From: a virus
Lineage: Duplodnaviria > Caudoviricetes
IMG/VR virus record: IMGVR_UViG_3300005805_000353
Coordinates: 1 to 28,256 of that record
Reading direction: 5' to 3' (one strand)
DNA length: 28,256 nucleotides
This document shows, piece after piece, positions 17,701 to 26,511 of the stretch (position 1 is the stretch's first letter; every line of letters begins with the position of its first letter). The position numbers and the translations under genes are program-made. Under the pieces are notes generated by a model that was not told the origin of the DNA, searched no databases, and saw nothing but the letters and a program-made list of their open reading frames with translations.

Positions 17701-18996
17701 TGGCTTTCAAGAGATTACTGGAAAAAATATTCCAACAAAAATGATTTTACAGCCTATTTGAAGTTAATATCAGTTTTTGATTTCAGTGTATTTGATCAAA
17801 TTAGACAAACGTTACCTGCAAGAAGTAATCCAATTCTTGGTGTTGTAATTCAACCAAACGTTCTTGAAAGATCAAAGATAGGTGGAATAGGAAGAAATGT
17901 TGGTGCAGATAGTAACAACAGTATATCATCTAATGAACTGTCTTCATCTGTAAGTCCTTTTGGAACATACAATGTAAATGAATCAACGATATTAATTGGT
18001 TTTCAAGAAAACGAAGGGGAAATTGACGACGTTGAAGGGGAATACAATTTAGAAAAAGAAGAATTACCTTCAAAGTATTCACTTGACGTATTAAAACAAT
18101 TACCGGTTTCAAAATCTTTTGAAATCGAATACACATCAAAAGAGTCTTTCATACAAAAAGATAAATCTTTGAATGTAGAAAATACTCAAAAAGACGCGGT
18201 GATTGATCCAAATGTTAGACAAAAACCAGACGTAGAATATGTTAATAAAGAGAGTTTGGTTAAAATTAATGTTAAAGAAAAACCAGAAGTCGATTATACT
18301 TCAAAAGAAAGTTTAATTGATATACCAAATAAACAAAATCTAAATGTATTTTATGATGTAAAAGAAACAACTCTTACCTCAGATACACCAACTTCATTTA
18401 CTGATAACTCATATAATGTAAAAGAAACAAAAATTAGTGGATCAATACGTGCAAGTTTTGAAACAGATTATAACAGTGTTGTTGGGCAAGTTAGCAGTGA
18501 TAGATATGAATCTAATGCGTCTTATAACAATTTACAAGATGATATAGAATTACCTATAACATCAAGTTCTACATATCGTAGATTTAATATAGTTAAATCT
18601 TCTAGTTTATCACCTGGCATTGATATTGGTTATGGTAATAATTGGGTAACTCAAAGTAAGACAGATAGATCACAAACTGTTATTGAACAAATTTCATCGT
18701 ATAGACGAGATGGATTTTATAATACTTACTATTTATATTACAAGGACTCTACTCAACAATTTTCGCGATCATACATTTCTGCATCACTCACTGGGTCGGA
18801 TATACAAAATCAAGAAAATTTAAATACTAGTACAAGAAATCATAGATTTTTAGGAAGTAAGTTGACAGGACCCGATATAAATGTTTCAAGCATAAATACA
18901 CCAGATGGAAAAGCCGTTGTTGAAATTTTAATAGTTGATTCAGAACAAATTTTTTACAACACAACAAAACTTGGTGGAAATTTAGAAACAAGATGA
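14776..18996 (+). CDS. Large baseplate wedge protein, T4 gp7 / P2 gpI-like, with internal LamG-like domain and C-terminal repeats
   Basis: IPEHL...FVTFVNMIGQHFD and VWRRIFNNLPYIYKSKGTARGVKALLAAYG carry the KGT motif of gpI/gp7-type proteins. ISFRW...TLFVGS...SGSVFELRYW is LamG-like. It lies downstream of gp6. Confidence 0.68.
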   Translation: MANFEYKNIDDILESNLPIRGVRIPIEDLELLKKTPPLVPAISRDETVVEFHTFLPNGAYLTSLYNVDTWRIESPAANSSAPIISLDLHRDFDKSENPAGTYKVVYNFFKNIIGSFDAPKMFISKVSSDRTELELTLIDRSSVQDQESLANFVLSYLKSKEILPNVVLNFGENKIVDVLNIISDGSKFSFFVKLYEGLPTDLDLYFQCWVQEQLLKPFIDTINNIPEEIQTQLPSLKGPNFEADYDYWTVSETEYKSWNEILSSNVQTSQEIIDRYISSSNLPVQLNVDYREFENFIFYSSAEDRVDNFVYKVEMIEKYNNELSLLDTFTGSISSNKIKIKSLRDKTISGFDNFEKWLYYETTASNYYTYQQTASITPYPKFEVTGSDYHIATKEGKFKLYPSGSNIVDDWYKDLITKSVNYDLKNYNSLNKAIPEHLLDSGDNEQFVTFVNMIGQHFDIIYLYTDHILKKNLREEHPKDGLSQDLIYEATRNLGWTLSSGTQAKDLWEYAFGISGSGEPIWTGKTTVGRYFTKSDEERTKEVWRRIFNNLPYIYKSKGTARGVKALLAAYGIPQTLLTIREFGGPDNADLGLIPRAEWEKHTYYLNFKGSFPTPPTQSYISIPWQKVSESDETWSYPDAISFRWKMEPEDTYGYGLDPHQTLLQKNVGNRVDWFVTVNKNGTDPEKGSLTFYIGDGSTYKTASITDEYMYDDVPLNLLIKRSQFSDLTSTNQTYELILKTAKYGKIAVERSASVTVNGSTEPNINRSWVSNGTLFVGSGSNQQTDKMLSGSVFELRYWANNLSTGSFNNHVLAPRSYNGNTETSSYYDLQAQFKFWQKFDVAVTTSLSSSHPNQNQRHFETSSKIATFVGFNENSFESINENYYMEVATLANNTPYTEKVRVDSGSLIGGLSKDRSAEVSAFDFYSNDSDRLMIAFSPQDVINEDIYESLGYAQLDDYIGEYGNITKNEYPNLKWLSRDYWKKYSNKNDFTAYLKLISVFDFSVFDQIRQTLPARSNPILGVVIQPNVLERSKIGGIGRNVGADSNNSISSNELSSSVSPFGTYNVNESTILIGFQENEGEIDDVEGEYNLEKEELPSKYSLDVLKQLPVSKSFEIEYTSKESFIQKDKSLNVENTQKDAVIDPNVRQKPDVEYVNKESLVKINVKEKPEVDYTSKESLIDIPNKQNLNVFYDVKETTLTSDTPTSFTDNSYNVKETKISGSIRASFETDYNSVVGQVSSDRYESNASYNNLQDDIELPITSSSTYRRFNIVKSSSLSPGIDIGYGNNWVTQSKTDRSQTVIEQISSYRRDGFYNTYYLYYKDSTQQFSRSYISASLTGSDIQNQENLNTSTRNHRFLGSKLTGPDINVSSINTPDGKAVVEILIVDSEQIFYNTTKLGGNLETR
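18121..18580 (+). repeat. Degenerate 17-20 aa (mostly 57-nt) protein repeat, about 9 units
   Basis: EIEYTSKES (18121), NVENTQKDA (18172), DVEYVNKES (18229), EVDYTSKES (18286), NVFYDVKET (18343) and DNSYNVKET (18403). Weaker units follow, with Tyr codons at 18469, 18523 and 18574. Confidence 0.65.
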
Positions 18997-19028
18997 TATT
19001 TATTTTAGAGAAAATACAGTATTTTTAA

Positions 19029-19035
19029 AAGGAGA
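19029..19035 (+). promoter_or_regulatory. Shine-Dalgarno site
   Basis: AAGGAGA 5 nt upstream of ATG 19041. Confidence 0.7.
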
Positions 19036-19040
19036 ATAAC

Positions 19041-19766
19041 ATGGGTTATTTAGATAACAGCACTATCACAGTAGATGCAATTCTTACAAAAAGAGGAAGA
19101 GAGCTTCTAGCACAAGGTAGAGGTGCATTCAATATCACACAGTTTGCGTTAGCAGATGACGAAGTAGATTACGATTTGTGGAACCCAGCACACCCACTTG
19201 GTTCAGACTATTACGGTGTTGTTATTGAAAATATGCCTATAACAGAGGCAGTTCCAGATGAAACACAATCAATGAAATATCCATTGATTACACTTCCTAT
19301 TAATTCAATAGCCATACCTTATATTGCTGCGTCTAGAACTTCATTAGAAATAAGACCATCATCACCTAAGACTATTGACATTGAATCATTCTATTATGGT
19401 GGTGGAGTACCTGGTGGTACAAATAATGGTTTAAGTAAAATCTTAAATTCAACGGCTGGATATAATGTAACTCTCTTAGATTCAACGTATGTCACAATGG
19501 TGAATGCAGGTACAACCGATAATGGCGTTAACTCATCAGTTAACTTAGTAGGAACAACCGGAACACTTGGCGCAAAAACAGCAACCTCAGAAGTGGCTAA
19601 TGTTATACCACAAACGAATTCTTCTAAGATTACAGTTAATCTAGAAGCAAGATCAAATGTTATAAGCATTGGTTCGGCAAAAACTACAAAACTTATAATA
19701 ACAGGAAATGAAACAGGTGGTAGAGTTGTAATCCCTATTACAATCCTTCCTGATCCGACCGTGTAA
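19041..19766 (+). CDS. Virion structural protein; N-terminus resembles the first half of a tail-collar/fibre-attachment domain
   Basis: DAILTKRGRELLAQG..FNITQFALADDEVDY, then a beta-rich, Ig-like C-terminus. Strong SD site. Confidence 0.65.
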   Translation: MGYLDNSTITVDAILTKRGRELLAQGRGAFNITQFALADDEVDYDLWNPAHPLGSDYYGVVIENMPITEAVPDETQSMKYPLITLPINSIAIPYIAASRTSLEIRPSSPKTIDIESFYYGGGVPGGTNNGLSKILNSTAGYNVTLLDSTYVTMVNAGTTDNGVNSSVNLVGTTGTLGAKTATSEVANVIPQTNSSKITVNLEARSNVISIGSAKTTKLIITGNETGGRVVIPITILPDPTV

Positions 19767-19804
19767 TTTGAATAACAGTAATAAAAGTAATTGAGGTATA
19801 AAAA

Positions 19805-20992
19805 ATGGTAATAGAGTTAAGAAACCCTCTTGGAGCAGCTGGCGGTGGAGATTACGGTCTTCGACTCGCTTTTGAGCACACGCTTGCTGGTGTAGAACCA
19901 GATACACAAAAAAAATTAATAACAAAAGGACTTTGGGGACCAACTCTTGGTGAACTTACGAGTTTCTTCACAAGCTCAGTTCAGTCATCAGCCTCAAAAA
20001 CATATCATTATGAAATTTGGAGATCTGCTTCTCTTGATTGTGGTGACGAAGATGTATTCTCCGTTACTTATGGTCATTTTGCTGGTTCTGGGTCTAGAGG
20101 TGTAGGGGGTCAAACAGGAGACACACCAACAAAAGCAATATATTCACAATATAAAACAATGCTATTGGAAACAGATCCATCTCTTCCAACAGGAATTGGT
20201 GCACCAACTAGATTTACACTGGCTAATGGTAACTCATTAGAACATTTCTATGCCGTAAACATACGAAGAGACAGATTCGAAGACAAACTAGATCCAGGTA
20301 ATTTTGAATTAGTTTTAGCAAAAATGAATTCAGCTGCATCATCAAGTGCACTCACAATTGCAAGTGCAAATAATGTCATAAAACTTATAGATGATTCTTC
20401 TGATGCAAATGATTCTCTTGGATATGGTGGAATCCCATCACCTGTAAGAAATCTTGTGAGTGGTAGTATAGAATCCGGTATATATAATCCATCAGCTCCA
20501 CATTATTACGGATTAGTTTATGCAGATACTGGTGTAATTATACTTGATGGTGATGTATTAAATGCTTCTGCAAGTTTGGGAACGGTAACTGGAAGTAATG
20601 TTATAGGAGACAACGCATTACGACTATTCAAGTCAATCAGTGGCTCAGGTGCACAAGGGACAGGATATGGATTCAGTGCAAGAAGTGTTAATGTAAAAGA
20701 CGTTACATATTATTATGTGAGAGTCCCTGCTAGATTAGGTACTTCTGCAACAAATAGAGATCCAGCTGGAAATCCACTTCCACTTGCTATGTACTCAAAT
20801 AATCCAACATTTGTTAGCGGTTCTAATAATGGTATAAAAGATAATTCATTTATAAACGATCCTTCAGTTTATGTAACATCCATTGGTATGTACAATGAAG
20901 AGGGAGAATTATTAGCGATTGCTAAACTTAGCAAGCCAATCAAGAAAACATTAAATAGTGAACTATCTGTAACTGTAAGATTAGAATACTAA
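19805..20992 (+). CDS. Virion structural protein, paralogue 1 of tandem family
   Basis: Shares FFTSS..YHYEI, YGH..GSGS, PTKAIYSQY, KLDPGNFEL, LIDDS, YGLVY...GVIILDG, YSNNPTFVSGS and YVTSIGMYN..GELLAIAKLSKP with the next genes. GAGGT SD site. Confidence 0.75.
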   Translation: MVIELRNPLGAAGGGDYGLRLAFEHTLAGVEPDTQKKLITKGLWGPTLGELTSFFTSSVQSSASKTYHYEIWRSASLDCGDEDVFSVTYGHFAGSGSRGVGGQTGDTPTKAIYSQYKTMLLETDPSLPTGIGAPTRFTLANGNSLEHFYAVNIRRDRFEDKLDPGNFELVLAKMNSAASSSALTIASANNVIKLIDDSSDANDSLGYGGIPSPVRNLVSGSIESGIYNPSAPHYYGLVYADTGVIILDGDVLNASASLGTVTGSNVIGDNALRLFKSISGSGAQGTGYGFSARSVNVKDVTYYYVRVPARLGTSATNRDPAGNPLPLAMYSNNPTFVSGSNNGIKDNSFINDPSVYVTSIGMYNEEGELLAIAKLSKPIKKTLNSELSVTVRLEY

Positions 20993-20996
20993 AATT

Positions 20997-22055
20997 ATGA
21001 TAGGTACATTTACACCATTTGTTGAAGACAGAGATGTCATCGGTGGAGATAAAGAAATTTTGACCGCTCCTTTATGGACAGGGACTCAAGCTTCTTTAAA
21101 ATCTATCTTCACAAGTTCATATCAGTCTTCCAATCAAAAAAGATATTACTATGAAGTTTATAATACTGCATCCACTGCCCTTGGTGCAGAACCACAATTT
21201 AGTATTGCTTACGGCGACTCAAAGGGTAGTGGTTCTAACAGAGGAACTGGTAACATAGATGATTTACCAACAAAAGCAATCTACTCGCAGTATAAACAAC
21301 TTTTATTAGATCCTGGTAATAATTTGTTTACGTTTTCAAATGGTGAAACATCTGAATATGTTTACATTGTCAACATAAATCGATCAAGATATAAAGACAG
21401 GGTAGATACTAATAATTGGCAACTTAGTGTTGGTAAACTAAACGCCACTACTACATCTGCATCAATTTCAACAGGAGATGATGTATTTATCCTTATAGAT
21501 GACTCAGGTGCATCAACAATTGAATATACACAGCAAGGTGGTAGAGTATTTAATGTACGAAGTGGATCTATTACAGACGGATTATATACCGCGAGTTCTA
21601 CTGTATGGGGATTATTTTATCCAGATAATGGTGTAATAGTCCTTAATGGTAAAGCATTTGACGCATCAGCCTCTTTTGGAACAAATCGATCGCCATCAAC
21701 AGGTAGTATAAATCAAAACAATGCCTTCAGATTGTTTACCTCAATCAGCGGTGCAATGTCCTTCAATAGCACATTATACGGATTTGAGGGAAGAACGAGT
21801 GAAGTAATATCTTCACAATATTACTATGTAAGATTATTCAATGGTGAGTACAATTATAGTATAAATCCAACATTTATTACCGGAAGTATTGCATCTGTAA
21901 AATATCAATCTATGATAACAGATCCAGTTGTTTATATAACAACGGTCGGTCTTTATAATGATAACCAAGAATTGCTAGCTGTTGCAAAACTAAGTAAACC
22001 AATTCAGAAGACATTTCAAAAAGAAGCAGTTATTCGAGTAAAAGTGGACTGGTGA
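20997..22055 (+). CDS. Virion structural protein, paralogue 2 (core domain only)
   Basis: Same motif series: PTKAIYSQY, LIDDS, WGLFYPDNGVIVLNG, YSINPTFITGS and YITTVGLYNDNQELLAVAKLSKP. Confidence 0.75.
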   Translation: MIGTFTPFVEDRDVIGGDKEILTAPLWTGTQASLKSIFTSSYQSSNQKRYYYEVYNTASTALGAEPQFSIAYGDSKGSGSNRGTGNIDDLPTKAIYSQYKQLLLDPGNNLFTFSNGETSEYVYIVNINRSRYKDRVDTNNWQLSVGKLNATTTSASISTGDDVFILIDDSGASTIEYTQQGGRVFNVRSGSITDGLYTASSTVWGLFYPDNGVIVLNGKAFDASASFGTNRSPSTGSINQNNAFRLFTSISGAMSFNSTLYGFEGRTSEVISSQYYYVRLFNGEYNYSINPTFITGSIASVKYQSMITDPVVYITTVGLYNDNQELLAVAKLSKPIQKTFQKEAVIRVKVDW

Positions 22056-22064
22056 TAATTTTTT

Positions 22065-24953
22065 ATGGCCAAGAATAACAATACATCAAATTCAATAGGT
22101 ACTGCATATGTTGCACCCACTGGTCGCATGGTAATCCCAAATAATGGTCCAATTACAGGTCCACAATTTGATTCTAATCAAGTAAATTTATCAGATCCAT
22201 TTGGAGTTGCGGCAACTATATTTGGTACAAGAGGAACATCTGGCGGAGGTCAAACTGGTGGAGGAACGCCAGTTGGAACATCTGGAAATGGTGGGATTGG
22301 AACTGGCGTTTCACCTGATGGTAGACCAAGCACTGAAGATGGAATTGGAAGACAAGGAACAAGTGGAACTGGAGGAGGAGGACCATCAAGAGGTGGTACT
22401 GGTGGCGGCGGTCGAGGACCTAGTGACCCAGGAAGCGGACCCGGTGGCAATCCAGAAGGAAATCCTCCAACGTGTGAGTTATTTAATTACCACATAGGTC
22501 CTATGGTCGAAATAGTTAGTACAAGAAATTCACTTGTAGGACCAGATGGAGTTCCATTAAACCTAAGTAGATTCCCAGACCACAGATCATTAACAGGAAC
22601 ACAATGTGTACTTTTAGCACCAGTTTATGAATGTTGTTGGGTTAGGGATACAATTTCCCTTCAAAATCAATACATAAGTAATGGTGCTACACAAGTTGGA
22701 TGGATCATACTTGCATACTCAAAAGCAGTCCTTTCTTACAGAGATTGTTTTGACGAATCAGGAAAAGTTATAGGTAAGAGACCAGTAATACTTCAATATT
22801 TCTCAGCTGATGATATTCAATTAGGAGGATTTGGTACAGTAGTTGGTCCATCTGATCCAACAAAGGCTTCATCTGTAAAATTTAAACTCGGAAATGGAAG
22901 AATAACTTCTGATTCTGGTGCACCAATTTGGGGAAATTGTTACGGTACATATGGCACAGATTTCTTCGTTAATTGGTTCAATCAAAACCAATTTAGTTCA
23001 TTCAACTTCCAAAATCTACAAAGTCCTATTTTTGGAGAGTATTTAATTGATCCAAGTGGAAATGTACTTTCTGGTCTTGGTTTAGTTCTTGAAACTGGCG
23101 AATGTGTAATACGTGGCGAGTGTAAAAATAACCCAGAACCACCTCCACCACCTTCAATAGAATGTATTCCATCCACAACAGTAATTCCTTCAAATGTAAG
23201 AGATTGGCTAAATTATGCAAGAGAGCATTTTGGACCAATTTCATTTATAGGGGCATCTCTCCAAGATTCAAATCGAGTAGTTTCTAGAATTGGTAAAACC
23301 GATGGTGAAGAAAAACAAGTTTCTTTATTAAACGATGGCGCACAAATAAGTCTAGAATCTTATGGATTCCCATGTCAAACTGGTCAGGTTGCAAGATTTC
23401 AGAGAGTATCGTATGCAACATATCCAGAATTTACATTCTGTTTCATGAGTGATGGATCAACACGACTTGTATTTACTGGAAGAACAATAACAGATACATC
23501 AAACCCAATTTATGATGGTACTATCGTAGATAGACCAATCGGAACTAGAAATTTTGATCCTAATTGCTGCGAAAGACTCGCTAATGCATATTTGACTGGT
23601 AATTCAACTGAATTAAGTTCATTATCTTCAATAGGACTTAGAGTTCAACAAATTCAAAGAACAAAACGATTTGAGTTAGTAGATTCATGTGGGTGTGAAG
23701 AGATAGAAATTGCAGATCTGGGTTGTTTCTTCGGTAACATGAATTACAGTGTTATTCTTAAAGCAGATATAAAAGATCAAAGAACTCACACTGGAGTAAG
23801 AAGACAAGTTGTTGATGAAAGATGTAAAGGAACTGATGGACCAGAAGTTTATCACCCGTTTGATAGAAAACGAGATATTATTTCAAACAGAACAAAATCT
23901 GGAACTACTGGTCTTTTTAATGGCGATGACATGATGGAATGTTATTACACAAGTTCAACTAGACCAACTGCATCGAACCAATATTACTATGAAGTTAGTG
24001 ATTGTGAAACTTGCGGTAAAATTCCATATTTTGCAGTAACATACGGTCACATAAGTGGCTCCGGTTCTGTATTTATTCAAGGTGAAAATTCAAATAAAAC
24101 ACCAACAGATTCTATATACTCCCAGTACCAACTTATTTGCTTAGAACCAACCAGAAGTGCATCTTCTGGTATTAGTGTTCCAAGATTTGAATTTGTTAGT
24201 GCTAGTTCAACAGTAGAATCAAACGATGTTTATGTTATAAATTTCAATAGAAATGGAATAAAACATAAGTTAGATGCTGGTAATTTTGAAATAAACTTAG
24301 GATCACTAAACGGAAATTCATTTGCAAATAATACATTTACTGGAAGTAATGTTGCAATCGGTAGTGAAAATATACTTCGATTAATAGATGATTCCGACGA
24401 CTATTATCAATTGGAAACTTGTGACAATGATCCACTAGCATCCTATAACATAATATCGGGTTCTCTTGAAGATGGAAAATATGAAGATGCATCGGTAAAC
24501 ACATACGGTAAAGTTTATCCTAATATTGGTGTAATTGTACTACATCCAAAAAGACTAAATGAAATATTAAATTTCAATACAGTTACTGGAAGTAATATAA
24601 ATGGAGATAACTCATATAAACTGTTTACATCCATAAGTGGTGCTGCGGCACCATATCTTACTCGTTCTGGTTCATATTATATGACCGCGAGAAATGTAAA
24701 ATACAAGATAACAAACCATTATTTTGTAAGAGCATATGCACCAATGGCTAATTATAGTAATAATCCAACATTTGTGTCTGGTTCAACAAACGAAATATTT
24801 GATAAATGCTTCGCTAAAAACCCTCAAACATATATAACATCTATTGGTTTATACAACAGTAATAGAGAACTTGTTGCTCTTGCAAAATTGAGCAGACCTG
24901 TAAAGAAAACATTTGAAACCGATTTGCTAATTAAGATAAGATTGAACTGGTAA
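22065..24953 (+). CDS. Virion structural protein, paralogue 3, with ~595-aa Gly-rich and Cys-rich N-terminal extension
   Basis: Core domain from about 23850 (YHPF..RD, PTDSIYSQY, KLDAGNFEI, LIDDS, YITSIGLYNSNRELVALAKLSRP). Gly-rich linker at about 22230-22470; 23 Cys by hand count. Confidence 0.75.
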   Translation: MAKNNNTSNSIGTAYVAPTGRMVIPNNGPITGPQFDSNQVNLSDPFGVAATIFGTRGTSGGGQTGGGTPVGTSGNGGIGTGVSPDGRPSTEDGIGRQGTSGTGGGGPSRGGTGGGGRGPSDPGSGPGGNPEGNPPTCELFNYHIGPMVEIVSTRNSLVGPDGVPLNLSRFPDHRSLTGTQCVLLAPVYECCWVRDTISLQNQYISNGATQVGWIILAYSKAVLSYRDCFDESGKVIGKRPVILQYFSADDIQLGGFGTVVGPSDPTKASSVKFKLGNGRITSDSGAPIWGNCYGTYGTDFFVNWFNQNQFSSFNFQNLQSPIFGEYLIDPSGNVLSGLGLVLETGECVIRGECKNNPEPPPPPSIECIPSTTVIPSNVRDWLNYAREHFGPISFIGASLQDSNRVVSRIGKTDGEEKQVSLLNDGAQISLESYGFPCQTGQVARFQRVSYATYPEFTFCFMSDGSTRLVFTGRTITDTSNPIYDGTIVDRPIGTRNFDPNCCERLANAYLTGNSTELSSLSSIGLRVQQIQRTKRFELVDSCGCEEIEIADLGCFFGNMNYSVILKADIKDQRTHTGVRRQVVDERCKGTDGPEVYHPFDRKRDIISNRTKSGTTGLFNGDDMMECYYTSSTRPTASNQYYYEVSDCETCGKIPYFAVTYGHISGSGSVFIQGENSNKTPTDSIYSQYQLICLEPTRSASSGISVPRFEFVSASSTVESNDVYVINFNRNGIKHKLDAGNFEINLGSLNGNSFANNTFTGSNVAIGSENILRLIDDSDDYYQLETCDNDPLASYNIISGSLEDGKYEDASVNTYGKVYPNIGVIVLHPKRLNEILNFNTVTGSNINGDNSYKLFTSISGAAAPYLTRSGSYYMTARNVKYKITNHYFVRAYAPMANYSNNPTFVSGSTNEIFDKCFAKNPQTYITSIGLYNSNRELVALAKLSRPVKKTFETDLLIKIRLNW

Positions 24954-24954
24954 T

Positions 24955-26511
24955 ATGTCAATATCTTATATGAATATTGCAGACCCTCAAAATTATGCAA
25001 ACGATGAAGCTGAGCGGTTATTTAATGAGCTGTTGAATGATGTCAATTCTGAATTTTCATCAATATCGATAAGTAAAATATTCTTTATAGAAGGTATTCT
25101 TGATCTTGAAAAAAAGATTAATGAAAGATACCAAAAAAATGTTGAATTAATAAATCTTAATTCAAATATCTTTTCTAGAGATATACTCATAACAATTGAA
25201 GAACTTGTAAAACGAAAGTATTTAACATATCTGTCTAAAGAAAAAAAGTTTTTTGTAGGCGGCGGCAGAGTTGGAGACCCAACATCAGGAGTTTTTAAAC
25301 CTGTACTGGTAAGGCATACATATCCTGCAATATCAAAAACTTCATTCCCATCGGTAGAATCATTTGATGAACTTATAGATAATATGATACTTGAATTGAC
25401 AGAAGACGATAATCAAATTTATAAGTTCAAACGGTTCTCTTTTGTAAGAGATAAATCGTCTATAATAAGGAAAAATAGAACAGTTTCGATTTGGAACTGT
25501 GACGATGATGCATTAAATACATTTTTTACTGCATCTAATGGAGAAACCAAAGACAAGTACTATCTTTCAGTCTATAATAAAAATCCTGACGTTTACAATG
25601 AATCTCCTCAATTCAATATATCATTTGGACATATTTTTGGTTCTGGTTCATCACTAACAAGCGGTCCTATTGATTTACGTCCATCTAAAACGATGTATCG
25701 TAAATATATGATGGAGTGTGTTGGTGATGTGAGAAATGATAACGATAGATTTCCATTCAAAAACGGAGTAAACGGAGATTACGTTTATATAATACAGTTA
25801 GATAGAGATTTACTAAAAGATAGATTAGATGCAGGAAATTTTGAACTATTTTTAGCACCACTTACGGGTAGTTCTAATCAACTATTTAATACTGGAAGCA
25901 ATGTACAAGTCAGTACAACTTCAACAGAGTTGTTCAGCTTGATTGACGATAGTGGAGATTTTAAACAATCAACTTCTGATAAGGAAGATATACTTGAAGT
26001 ATATAACTTGGTATCTGGATCAAAAAGAGATGGAGTCTATGCAGATGATGATGCAAATGCTTGGGGACTTGTTTATCCTAAATTGGGAGTAATTATATTA
26101 GATGGGGCTGTTTTAGATCAATCTTGTTCATTTAATACTGTTACTGCTTCAATTGATGGTGATAATATTTCTAAACTATTCTTATCATTAAGTGGATCTG
26201 CATCGGTAACTACTGCAAGAAATTACTCTGGTTCATTTTTTGCTAGATCAAATGATAAAGTATTAAGTCAGACATATTTTTGTAGAGTTGATACAGACGA
26301 ATACAATCATTCTTCAAACCCAAGTTATGTCAGTGGTAGTTTAAATCAATTAAAGTTTGTGTATTTCCAAGATAATCCACAGACATATATAACATCAATA
26401 GGACTTTACAATTCTAATAATGAACTTTTAGCAATTGGAAAATTGAAAAGACCTTTGTTAAAGAACAAAAATAAGTCATACATCTTTGAAGTAAACATGA
26501 GAATGAACTAA
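24955..26511 (+). CDS. Virion structural protein, paralogue 4, with ~155-aa helical N-terminal extension
   Basis: Core from about 25426 (FKRF..RD, FGH..GSGS, RLDAGNFEL, LIDDS, WGLVYPKLGVIILDG, YITSIGLYNSNNELLAIGKLKRP). Confidence 0.75.
   Translation: MSISYMNIADPQNYANDEAERLFNELLNDVNSEFSSISISKIFFIEGILDLEKKINERYQKNVELINLNSNIFSRDILITIEELVKRKYLTYLSKEKKFFVGGGRVGDPTSGVFKPVLVRHTYPAISKTSFPSVESFDELIDNMILELTEDDNQIYKFKRFSFVRDKSSIIRKNRTVSIWNCDDDALNTFFTASNGETKDKYYLSVYNKNPDVYNESPQFNISFGHIFGSGSSLTSGPIDLRPSKTMYRKYMMECVGDVRNDNDRFPFKNGVNGDYVYIIQLDRDLLKDRLDAGNFELFLAPLTGSSNQLFNTGSNVQVSTTSTELFSLIDDSGDFKQSTSDKEDILEVYNLVSGSKRDGVYADDDANAWGLVYPKLGVIILDGAVLDQSCSFNTVTASIDGDNISKLFLSLSGSASVTTARNYSGSFFARSNDKVLSQTYFCRVDTDEYNHSSNPSYVSGSLNQLKFVYFQDNPQTYITSIGLYNSNNELLAIGKLKRPLLKNKNKSYIFEVNMRMN

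Noticed and set aside
6808-18996. Bacterial contractile injection system (eCIS/tailocin/T6SS) instead of a phage
   Set aside because: The baseplate genes are contiguous with thyX, uvsE, clpP and a gp55-like sigma in uniform phage-style packing. No host housekeeping context or AAA+/TssM-type genes are present.
22230-22470. Collagen-like repeat
   Set aside because: Gly is not at every third residue; it is an irregular Gly-rich linker.
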